Shown in pieces: positions 50,776 to 60,649 of a stretch of 60,649 nucleotides of DNA. Within the stretch, counting starts at the first letter, position 1, and every line of letters starts with the position of its first letter. The notes below the pieces were generated by a model. The model did not search any database and was not told where the DNA came from. It was given only the letters and a program-made list of their open reading frames with translations. The stretch is from NCBI GenBank assembly GCA_023231475.1, contig JALJEE010000037.1:1-60649 (forward strand). Direction: 5' to 3'. Origin of the DNA: Seison nebaliae (taxonomy: Eukaryota). The position numbers were made by a program, and so were the translations under genes.

Positions 50776-51633
50776 CTACTTCATTCCACAATGAATATTA
50801 ACGACGCCGAATGGTACGAGTTTCCTTACTGAAACATTTTGAAAACCGGCATCAGAAATCATCTTGGAAAAATTGGCAGTATTAGGAAATTGACGAATCG
50901 ATTCAACTAAATATTGATAAGAATCGTAATCGGATGCGATCAATTGACCAAAAACGGGAATCAATTGAAATGAATAAATATCGTATAATTTTTGTACAAC
51001 GGGAGTAAGAATAGATGCTGATACTTCTGGAGTAAATTCCATGCAAAAGAATGCTCCACCTGGTTTCAACACTCGAAAAGCTTCCGATAAAACATTGGAA
51101 ATATTCGAACAATTTCTGATACCGAAACAAATTGAATAGAAATCGAATTGATTATCTTCGAAATTTTCCAGAAATTCTCCATTTACTAATTGGAACTGAA
51201 TATTATTAATCGCCTTTTTCTCCACTTTCTTTCGACCCTCATCTAACATATTTTCATTAATATCACCTACAACTATTTCTCCCAATTCTTCATCTCCACG
51301 TTGTCTTTTCCTCATATACTCACTTAGACCAATTGCTATATCACCCGTTCCTCCAGCCATGTCTAGGATACGACTAGATGTCTGTGGTCGAATTACTGAG
51401 GACACCAAATAATTCTTCCAAATTCTATGCATACCCACACTCATCACATCATTCATAACATCGTATTTATTCGCCACATTCTTGAACACTTCATTCACCA
51501 TTTCCTGTTTCTCTTCGGATGATTCAACTTTTGAAAAACCAAAATCATATTGCTCTTTCGTTGAAGACCTACTTCCAAACTTACTCGAGAAAGATACAAA
51601 TCTTTTGGAACAAAAACTTTTCATACTACTCAT
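50776..51633 (-). CDS. COQ5: Mitochondrial ubiquinone-biosynthesis C-methyltransferase, intronless
   Basis: DFGF..V..EEK..V.EVF.NVA.KYDVMNDVMSVGMHRIWK, LDMAGGTGDIA, DINENML, FGIRNC, EAFRVLKPGG, YSFQLIPVFG, YQYLVESIRQFP. Confidence 0.96.
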   Translation of the reverse strand: MSSMKSFCSKRFVSFSSKFGSRSSTKEQYDFGFSKVESSEEKQEMVNEVFKNVANKYDVMNDVMSVGMHRIWKNYLVSSVIRPQTSSRILDMAGGTGDIAIGLSEYMRKRQRGDEELGEIVVGDINENMLDEGRKKVEKKAINNIQFQLVNGEFLENFEDNQFDFYSICFGIRNCSNISNVLSEAFRVLKPGGAFFCMEFTPEVSASILTPVVQKLYDIYSFQLIPVFGQLIASDYDSYQYLVESIRQFPNTANFSKMISDAGFQNVSVRKLVPFGVVNIHCGMK

Positions 51634-52331
51634 ATCTCCCCGAACACTAACATGCCTCAATAAAAAAACTGTTATTGTTTTATCTACATTTTGAATTTAC
51701 ATGTGTTAACTCTTCTCATTTTGTGGGTTTAGAAATGAAAGATCATTAAAACTACATTCAAATTATAAGCCTTCTTATCAATTTCTTTTATATTAAATTA
51801 TCATATTATTTTAAATTTATTTAATTTTTGTTAATGTGAAATCAATATACATGTATTCTTAATATATTCTTAATGTTAATTCCATCTGTTAACTCTTTTA
51901 CTTTTATTACTTCTGTTTAATAAATTTTTTGTCAATTCCAAAACATTAAATTCTATAATTGATCTCTTCCAATTATTAAGGATTATTATTAAAATTTCAA
52001 TTTAAGTTAGTCTTTAGAAATAATTGGACCACATTGCACGCTAATTTATTAGTAAAAAATATTGATTAGATTAGAGAAAGAACAAGTGACTAATATAATT
52101 AACTGATCAACTAGTGAAGAATCAAAAGATTTATCCCGAAAAATAATGGATAAGAATGTGAAATTTGAAGTAGCAAAACAAAGAGGAGCTTTGTTGGAAA
52201 CTGGATAAAGATCAGAAATTTCTACGTTAAAGAACGAACAATGAGAAATTAACTGAAAGGAAAATTTGAATGATATACTTGATCTTCTTTTATGATAATA
52301 ACAAATGGAATGAAATTAAATAGTTTTTAAA

Positions 52332-54798
52332 TCATTTCCGAATTCCACGTCCTTTCTTCACATTAGCCCGATTCTTTAAGACGCCTTTCTTGTTCACCTG
52401 ATTGAGATCGAATGAAAAAGTTTAGTTGAATTAAACTTTATTGAATTTAATGAAACTTTTTTAGTATAAATTGATCGTTTCCTCTTCAGTTTTGATGTAG
52501 ACGATTTGTTCGAATCCCTATTAATATTCCATTGAAGAATAATCCGCAAAAAAAATGAAACTTATTCGCTTCTTTCTTAATCTTGTAAATTCGAACAAGC
52601 CAATGTTCAGAAGTGAATGCTTCTTCCAAATGATTCAACTTGAAATTTTTGTTTCCAATTTCCGCATTTCGAACACGATCATATCCTGGTGGCGCTCGAT
52701 AATCTAACTAATAAATAAAATTAAAGATTGAGAATAAAAGTGAATAAAAAACGTTCATTTGACCAAATCGATAATATGACAACTTATACATAAGACAATT
52801 TAGAAGAATTTTCGATCCAGAAGCATCTACTCGAAATTCACCGTTCGGAGTAAAATAATTTTCTTCTTTAATATCTCTCGGATGTTCACCCTCGGCAATT
52901 CGGACCATCCATAAAAATTTGTTGATATCATCACCCGAATATCCGAGTACACCACCAAATATTACGAGAACATAATCGACATCTAATGATTTCATAATAT
53001 CATATGCAGCTGATTCGTTCGATGACATCGCTTTTCCCACTAATGCTATATGAGAATTATTCCAAGTATTATTATCCACTAAAGTTGTTTTGTTTCCCAT
53101 TCCTGCTATCTGATATCCATAGTCCCACCAAGACATGATGCGTGCATCATCCGCTGTATTTTGTCGTAGCCAATAATATGCTTCTCGGAAATCATCGATT
53201 GTTTGACGACTACCATCCTGTGAATAAGTTGATAAGACGACACTGGGAGATGAATAAGCATTTGATGTCACCCAATTACAATGGAACATAAATAACAACA
53301 TTATTATCAGCATAACCATAACGAAAAAGAAACGAAAATTAATTCCAACTGCTTCAGGAATGATGTTATTGCTAGATGGTTTCTTTCCTTTCTTTCCCGA
53401 TTCATTATTCTCATTCGATTGTATTTTCTCTTTTGGATTTACTGGTTTGGAATCGATTAAGAAAGTTTCCATAAAATTCGAGAGACATATACTCGCTGTT
53501 ATACAGACACATGGTGTTAATGTCAAAATGAGACGAACCATAACACCTGCGAAATATGATGCACTTATTGCATAAAGAACAATAAATATTCGTTCGTCGT
53601 TTAAACGATGAATACACATGAAAACTCCCACCGGAAATATGGTGATTAGGAAATGTAAATCGAAGAACATTGATGTCCATGTGGTAGGTTGATGTTCACT
53701 AACTGAAGCGATAATAGGAATATGAATTTTCGCATAAGATGTATCCCAAAGTGAATAGAAACGACCACTCCATGGTGCCACATATCCTAACCAAGTGAGA
53801 AGAACGACCATACCGAAAAGAATAGCTGCAACGATGATGAGACTAAGTCCAAGAAATCGACGGAATAATTTCTTTGATAATTTCGATTGGATATAAGTGA
53901 TGAAAGCGACTGCTTGCAATAAAGCGAACGTACCAGCTGCCGCCATATGTTCACTAGTTCGAATTGGTTGAAATCCGACGAACGGTACTTGCATTGATAA
54001 TAGCGTTCCCAAAATATAGAATGTTGAATAAGAGATATAGAGACGATGAGAGAATCGTCCCATCAATAAGAGACAACAAGAATGTAATGGAATTAAATTG
54101 ATGATATAAACATATCCTCCCCATGCACTCACCATATAAAAATAACTAAGTGCCGTACATGTCGCCCAAGTAATCGAACCAGTTTTCAACGATTTAATCC
54201 AAAGAAAATATGTGAATAGTAAAGCGAAAATTGCAATTCCCTCATTATCATAACTTCCGGCAACTGATCGTGATATATAACCGGGAACGATGGCGATAAA
54301 AGCGGCAGCGAACAAACCGGCACCTTTCGACCATAATTCTGATGTTAATAAATAAGCGGCGAGAGCAGTTAATCCACTAAAAATTGGTGCAAGAAATACA
54401 CAAATCTCCCGAATATGTACGGGAAAATGGAGAATAGATAGAATCCAATGAATTAATCCTGATGTCACCATCAATCCTGGATAAACAGTTCCACCAACAA
54501 TTCTTCCTAAAGGATACCACGCTCGTTCATCGAACCAATTGAGAAAGTTGTAGAAACCATTTTCTGTCATGAATTTTGTTGATCTATAATTGAACCATGG
54601 ATCGAATTCATGAATAATACTCTCATATCGAATAACGGCATAGAGTCGTGAGAAGAATCCATTTAATGCACAAAGAATAAGAACGGAAATAGCAATCAAT
54701 GAATTCCAATTATCATTTGTTATAGTTGTCGATTTGCTAATTTTCTCTTCAACCTTTTCCTCCTCTACTTCATGACTTTCATTCTCTTCTTCGTTCAT
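52332..54798 (-). CDS. STT3B: Oligosaccharyltransferase catalytic subunit STT3B (4 exons)
   Basis: [37 protein letters not shown] and [19 protein letters not shown] (STT3B-type), [27 protein letters not shown]. Confidence 0.96.
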
Positions 54799-55112
54799 GA
54801 CAAATTCGAGTTTCCTTCCTAATTGTGACGTGTGGCAACGAATACGTGTTGTTGTTAAGACGAAATTTGAAATTGTTCGAGAAAAAAATAAAGTGTTCTT
54901 ATTAAATTTGCATAACTAAGATTTTGAAAGAAACGTTAGAAGAATTTTATTCGACTGCAACAACTGTTGAACGTGACTATTGGAATTGGTGAGAATTGAG
55001 ACAATAAAATGAGGAAATATTCATAAATTTCAATTTCTTTTTAAGATAAGATGTGGCAGTAAAAAGAAGTGAATGGTGTGTAGAATGCATTGTAGGAGTG
55101 TAAGAAATTCAT

Positions 55113-55469
55113 TTAGGAAGTGAGGAAATGTGGCATACAATTGAAGCAGAATTGATAGAAATGATAAGTGAGAGGCAGATAGAACATGACGAGAGAGATA
55201 TCGAATCCGATCACCGGTTCCAATACGGCTATCGCTGCCAACACCACACTCATAACAGCGATGGATGTTCGATTTGATGTATTGCATCGTACATGAGACA
55301 GAATAATTAACGATATTGTCATCGCTGTCAGCATTCCAATTCCAGTCAGAGTTCCATATTTCACCATCACATAAAATATCAACATGCCACTGAGATGTGA
55401 TCGATATCGTTTAGCCATACACATGACTGAGAATAGAGTAAGGATTGTGGTGAGACAGTTGAACAGCAT
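55113..55469 (-). CDS. Small hydrophobic membrane protein (118 aa), unknown function
   Basis: ATG-initiated ORF with several hydrophobic segments, filling the gap between PHF10 and STT3B. Confidence 0.5.
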   Translation of the reverse strand: MLFNCLTTILTLFSVMCMAKRYRSHLSGMLIFYVMVKYGTLTGIGMLTAMTISLIILSHVRCNTSNRTSIAVMSVVLAAIAVLEPVIGFDISLVMFYLPLTYHFYQFCFNCMPHFLTS

Positions 55470-55741
55470 TTCATCGAAATTTAATGCAATGAAATGAAAT
55501 TAAAAAAATTTAGGAAAGAAACAAAAATTCAATTGGATTTGATAATATAGAAATAAATCGTAGAAAATCAATGAAATAAAAGTTGTATATTCCACTGTTC
55601 GTCCTTTGTATAAATCATTTCATTCAATTATAATAGTTTTCTATCGCCATTCTCTACACCATAACACCATTTGAATAGACAAAATTTTTGTTATTGCAAT
55701 TTCTTCCGTTTCACAAGTCAATCATACTTCCCATCTTCTCC

Positions 55742-57737
55742 TTATTTCCTTTTCGGTTTATTTTTACTTCCTAATGGTCTGCCTCTCGGTCTTGTCGAAG
55801 TCGAAATACGATTAGCGTTATGAATCATCCATTTATTATGTTTCTCTCGATATGCACATTCCCCACACAACCAATCCACCGATGGTTTACTATCCAAATT
55901 TTCACATGTATAATGAAAACCACGATCACAATGATTGCAAAATATGAAATTTTTCTAAAAACGAAATTTTATAAATTATTAAAAAAAATAAAAAGATATT
56001 AACAAATTTATCTTTTTTATTACATTTCTCACAATGTTTACATTTGGAGCAAGCCCAATTGAAGTATATTGCTTTCTTCGCCGTTTCTTCCGGCATTTGC
56101 AGACAAGAAATATGATAGACGAGATCACATCGAGTACATTCTAGAATGAAATCATCACAACTTTCAGAAATGTCGTCCATTATTCGATTCTCTCGATATC
56201 GTGTTCTCAATGACGATCGTCTTGTCGATCTGAATGAATCATCATTCGTTTTTTCTTGTTTCATTTCACTTCTGATCGTATGTTCAGGAATATTCCATAA
56301 TTTACAAATGAAACATATCTGTTGAGTTGGGAAGAATGAAATTGAAAGAGAAGAAAAATTCAACTTTTCCAAATTGGCATTTCCTCAATTCGATCCGTTC
56401 GATCTTCTCATCAATTTGTTGAGATGCTTTTAATACTAATTGATCTATCGATTTTGTTGGGACCGATGTCTTTTTATTCACAAATGACGACGGTTCTTCT
56501 TCTTCTTTCGATATGTTTTCCATTTTATCATCATTCTTCTCTACCATATTTAATTGTCGATTCTCTTTTTCGTGTTCGAGTTTCGTTTCAAAATTGACGA
56601 AATTTTCAGATTTACTTCCATTTTTCATCTTATCAATCACAAGACTTAATCGTTTCTGAGATTCAGTTTTCGTTTCTTCCATTTTTGTAGGAAAAACATC
56701 TTCCGGATAATGTAATCGTTTAAAATATTTCTCAACGAAATCTGCATCGAATTCTTTAAATTGACCATCTAACAGAGAAATATTATTATTATTATAAGAA
56801 GAGAAATTAATTACTTGTCAACGCATCTTTTCCTGCCAACAGATAAACAACTAATTCGTTCTCCATCGAATTCATCGATTCCACCGTATAATGAAATAGT
56901 TGAGGATTCTCACTTAATTCGGTAAGATAAGGATCATAATGACGATGAAATGAATTGAGTCCTTCATCATTTTTACTAATATTCTTATTTATTGGCTGAT
57001 TAGCAATCAATTGGACTGGATATGCTCCTGGTTTAACTACTCGATTTTTCTTCAAATTCCGTGAAGAGAAAATTCGTTTAGTCTGAATATTAACACATTG
57101 ATGACGGTTTTTCATACGATCAGCCTGCAATTTTTCATTGTATGACATTGTTGATTGTTTAATTTGATTTTCATCAACATCATCTCCATCACCCGTTTCA
57201 TCAAGTTCATCGATATTGATCGAATTATAATATTCATTGAGTTGACGAATTTCTTCACCCATTCCTTCTAATAACTGAGAAAAAGAATGATAAGATGGAA
57301 AGAGAAGAAGAAGAAACGAACTGCTAATTTATCAGGATAATGAACCGAGATTATTAACCATACTTCACTTAACAGTAATACAGTTAATCCTAAATTAATT
57401 TGAACACTCGACACAATGCCACGATTGAGTAAATAATCTTTTTCTTTCGGATCTATAATGACTCTTCTTGTTAATAAATCGAATTTACGATGGAATCCCT
57501 TAATTCCCAGGAAATCAGCCAATTGCTCTTGTAACACATTGAATACTCCATTCGCTCTATTGGGTGGCCATCGATACACATGGACATAAGCACTACCGAT
57601 ACTTCATCATAAGGTAGAGAAATTTATAGGAAGAATGAAAGAACTAACGGTCTAGTTACATAATTGTTCCTTTTCGTTCTCTTCCGAACTCCATTAATGG
57701 AAGTTGACGATTGTTTAGTTTCAATATTATTTTCCAT
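55742..57737 (-). CDS. PHF10: PHD finger protein 10 / SAYP-like (6 exons) with C-terminal AT-hook
   Basis: SAY domain YRWPP....VLQEQLADFLGIKGFHRKF..L.RR, GLTVL..SEV, YPVQLI..Q; tandem PHD (C..C...H..C..W.C..CK.C..C....C..CDRGFH..C....W.C..C); RPRGRPLGSKNKPK. Confidence 0.9.
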
Positions 57738-58195
57738 ATTTCTCAAATATAATTTATATAAATATAAGCAAAGCCAAACTTCTAATTGGAAATGACGACA
57801 ACGTCAACAACGAAATTTAACTCGAACTATTGGCGACTATCTAATAGTAAATAATATCTATTTCCCCCACAATTATTGGGAGTCAAACACATTTGGAACT
57901 ATAAATGTTTTATAACTGAATTACTGAAATTGTTCATCTTTATTTGGATTCGATAGAAAGATAAGATAAGAAATTTGATCTGATAATTATTCAACTCTGG
58001 TCTAAATTGATTTTTTCGGCAATCATAATATCAGCATTCATATAAGTTTTAGTTTTTAGTTGAAATTAGTTTACTAGAGGAAACCGTTTGGTATTTATGA
58101 TATTGGTTTACGATTAGTTTCTGGTCCAATTTTCCGGTAACTCCTTCGGACGTGTTCATGTTTACAGCTAAAGTATATTTCTTTTTAAACTAATT

Positions 58196-59425
58196 CTAAT
58201 ATTATTATTATTTATTGATTAAAATTCCCGTCGGGATAAACATGAAAAAAGAGATGACTGTCATCCTCTGTGTCAATAAAAAGGCGTAATTGATCGAGGA
58301 AATCGCGGTTGATAGGTAGAGTTGAGGTGAAATCATATGTTGAGATGAAATTTTTAAAATCGGTTACAGAAATGTTTTGAGATAACCCATAGTATCTGAC
58401 AATGTATGTGAAAACGGAATGGGTGTGAAAAGGATGGATAACGGAAGGATGACTAGAAACTGAGTCGGAATTGTTACATTTATCACGGAGTGAAAAAATA
58501 CGATGGTATAGAAGAATTGGAAGTGGTAGGATATTCACAGTGGCGAAAAGAAGTGAGCGGTTATATAGTATATAGGTTATATAGTAGACATATATCTATG
58601 AAAACAGTGGATAATTCTCCTAATGAGCCGATTATAAGCTCGGTCCAAGGACAGAAAAGACTGAGGTAGCACTAGGCTCCTGAAAAGTGAAATTTGAATT
58701 TGGACGAATTTGGATTTAGGAGAGAAGGAGAAAAAAGCTCTGCAGAATTTGTTTCGGATACGATCGAGAGCGGATGAGGAAAAAGAACGTATATCGATCA
58801 GCGAGCCAAGGATGATAGTAGAAGTAACGAGAGGAATGTTAGAGAAAGAACGATTACCGGTTGAGAGCAGCCAGAATTTCGATTCGTTTATAGTAATCCC
58901 CCTTTCAGCAAGAAGACGAGATGTACGTAGATAGGATTTCTTCAAATCACGAAGGGAACGATGTATGATCACGAAATCGTTAGCATATGCCATAACATGC
59001 GGAAAAAAGAAATCACCAATGGCGATTCTATTACATTCGTTGAGTTGGCGGAGGACGCCGTCGAAAGCCAAACCAAATAACCATGAACCAAGGATCGTAC
59101 CTTGACAGACACCTGAATTAATCTGAAAATAAGTACTGGAGCAGTCACTGTGAACAACACACCCAGTGGAATTACAGGAGAGATGAGCGACAAATTTGAG
59201 GATGGGATATAGGACGAGTTGACGCACAAGGTAATCAAAAGCATAAGAAACGTTAACGGAATCGAATGCCTTTGTAGCATCAAGGAAGAGAAGATGTAAG
59301 AATAGTTTCATTTCCTTGGTAATACTTATAGCCGAACGGAGAATGAGAAGGAGAGGATAGGTGCAACGACATGACGATCGATAAGCGAATTGGTAAGATG
59401 ACGAAAAGAGTACATTCCGATACAC
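58196..59425 (-). mobile_element. 5'-truncated, decayed non-LTR retrotransposon (RT domain plus C-terminus, (TAA)n tail)
   Basis: QFAYR, FLDATKAFDSV, GVCQGTILG.WLF, AYAND (YADD mutated), GITINESK, ILGS. Frame broken near 58577. Ends ...HVYPDGNFNQ* followed by ATAATAATAAT. Confidence 0.92.
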
Positions 59426-59461
59426 TTTGCCCTATGGGGATTCTGCGTCTTAATAAAAAAA
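59421..59461 (+). mobile_element. ~40-nt LINE 3'-terminal fragment, head-to-head with the RT element
   Basis: TACACTTTGCCCTATGGGGATTCTGCGTCTTAATAAAAAAA translates YTLPYGDSAS* followed by an A tail, similar to YNLPRGDLIH* at 1-150. Confidence 0.5.
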
Positions 59462-59496
59462 TACGTCGAAAAATTTTATTTCGTCACCCTTCATTT

Positions 59497-59754
59497 TTTA
59501 CTAATAATCGGCGATTTGGTCACCGATAAAACGGTTACTACGTCACCTATTTTAGAATATTTCGGTGAATTGGTCACCTTGAAAAAAATTTTAAAGTTAA
59601 ATTTTGGATATTTTTGGTTAAAAGGTGAATTAGTCACAGGGCTAATAATTATGAGTTTAACACCAGGTTTGACCTCCAGGGTGACCACAACACCGAAATA
59701 TTCTAAAATGGGTGACGTAGTAACCGTTTTATCGGTGACGAGATTATTAGTGAA
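59497..59754. mobile_element. MITE/foldback-like element with long inverted arms
   Basis: 59519-59567 versus the reverse complement of 59691-59739 is 48/49 identical. The arms extend outward (ACTAATAATC) and inward (GGTCACC), with repeated GTCACC motifs and no coding capacity. Confidence 0.8.
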
Positions 59755-59789
59755 ATCACTGATTTTTCCTTGGATAATATTAATTAGGA

Positions 59790-59990
59790 TATTATTAACC
59801 TTCTAAACATTATGGATTTATAAAAAAGTTTTAGAAATGTATAAATTTTACATCAGAAAAATTCTTACAACGTTCGCTTAAGATCATTAAAATAAATAAT
59901 AAGATTTCTAGTAGAGGAGATCGATCAAAAATTTCAATTTATCCCGACGGTAATTTCAATTTTAAAAAAAATTAAAAAAAAGAAAAAAAA
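59790..59990 (+). mobile_element. LINE 3'-end fragment with A-rich tail; 5' boundary approximate
   Basis: TTTATCCCGACGGTAATTTCAAT followed by an A run translates IYPDGNFNF, nearly identical to the VYPDGNFNQ* end of the RT element at 58212-58240. Confidence 0.7.
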
Positions 59991-60162
59991 TACGTTTATT
60001 TCAACTTACAATTGTTACTCTGTTAATCTCAATCTAATGTTAATTTTATGATCAATCTTTATAACCCTTGAAATTGTAATGATGAAAAGTTTTATGTTAA
60101 AACAAAATATATTAATTTCAATTTAGAATTAAGAAATCTATAGAACATATGATTTGATTATC

Positions 60163-60649
60163 TCATATTGGACATAAAGAATTCAATGCAGAATGTCCAC
60201 TAACTACTCCCCCTTCTTTCTGAATTGATTGTTTAGTTCGAGCTAACTCGCCAGCTAACCCATCAAGCACAAACGTCTTCATTTCCTTATCATACAAACA
60301 GTATCCGTAAAACCCAATTTCAGTTATACAATTCTCTTCAACTTTATATTCGTTTTCATTCCAAACGAATATCGAACTATGTTGAATAGATTTAATAAAT
60401 TTCATCAAAATAAATTCATCCAAATTGTGAGAGTTGAATGATGCGAGAAACTTTAGAATCTCCTCTCCAAATATATTATTCCCACCACCTTCTCGTTGCG
60501 GTTTCAAGACGAAGTTGTTGGGATTTTTACCTATTTCTTCTTTGTATTTCTCTTTCATCACTCGCAAATCTGTGAACGAATCGATTAACAGTTGATAGTC
60601 ATTCTTATCAAAATGGTTATGATATCTCTTAAAAATTTCTTTCAACATT
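60163..60649 (-). CDS. GSS: Glutathione synthetase, C-terminal part (gene continues beyond the window)
   Basis: NPNNFVLKPQREGGGNNIFGEEI, FILMKFI, TEIGFYG, AGELARTK, EGGVVSG.SALNS. Confidence 0.93.
   Translation of the reverse strand, partial: MLKEIFKRYHNHFDKNDYQLLIDSFTDLRVMKEKYKEEIGKNPNNFVLKPQREGGGNNIFGEEILKFLASFNSHNLDEFILMKFIKSIQHSSIFVWNENEYKVEENCITEIGFYGYCLYDKEMKTFVLDGLAGELARTKQSIQKEGGVVSGHSALNSLCPI

Noticed and set aside
1..60649. Alternative genetic code or stop-codon reassignment
   Set aside because: Conserved proteins (STT3B, COPB2, COQ5) translate normally, and apparent in-frame stops are explained by short introns.

Overview
This is AT-rich (~30% GC) eukaryotic DNA from a very compact, gene-dense invertebrate animal genome. 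A spiralian such as a rotifer-related syndermatan would fit, but that is inference only. It uses the standard genetic code and many short introns (mostly ~40-60 nt). The window holds about 21 protein genes: CCDC81, a PTPRR-like phosphatase, FRRS1, GMPPA, ARMC9, RPS11, DUR3, an EHD/dynamin-like GTPase, CTDNEP1, a 7TM-like protein, COPB2, FAIM, a neuroligin/gliotactin-like protein, a claudin-like protein, RPSA, COQ5, STT3B, PHF10, partial GSS and two orphans. It also holds two identical tRNA-Asn genes, an intronic SNORD52/snR78-like snoRNA, a let-7-like candidate, a decayed LINE with four related 3'-end fragments, and a MITE-like foldback. The most striking signal is the splice code. Of 72 introns placed by hand in 16 genes, 68 begin GTT (3 GTA, 1 GTC, 0 GTG), +5G is mostly lost, and AAG acceptors are common, suggesting a re-tuned spliceosomal 5' splice-site recognition. 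All gene models and counts are manual and are not confirmed by transcript data.
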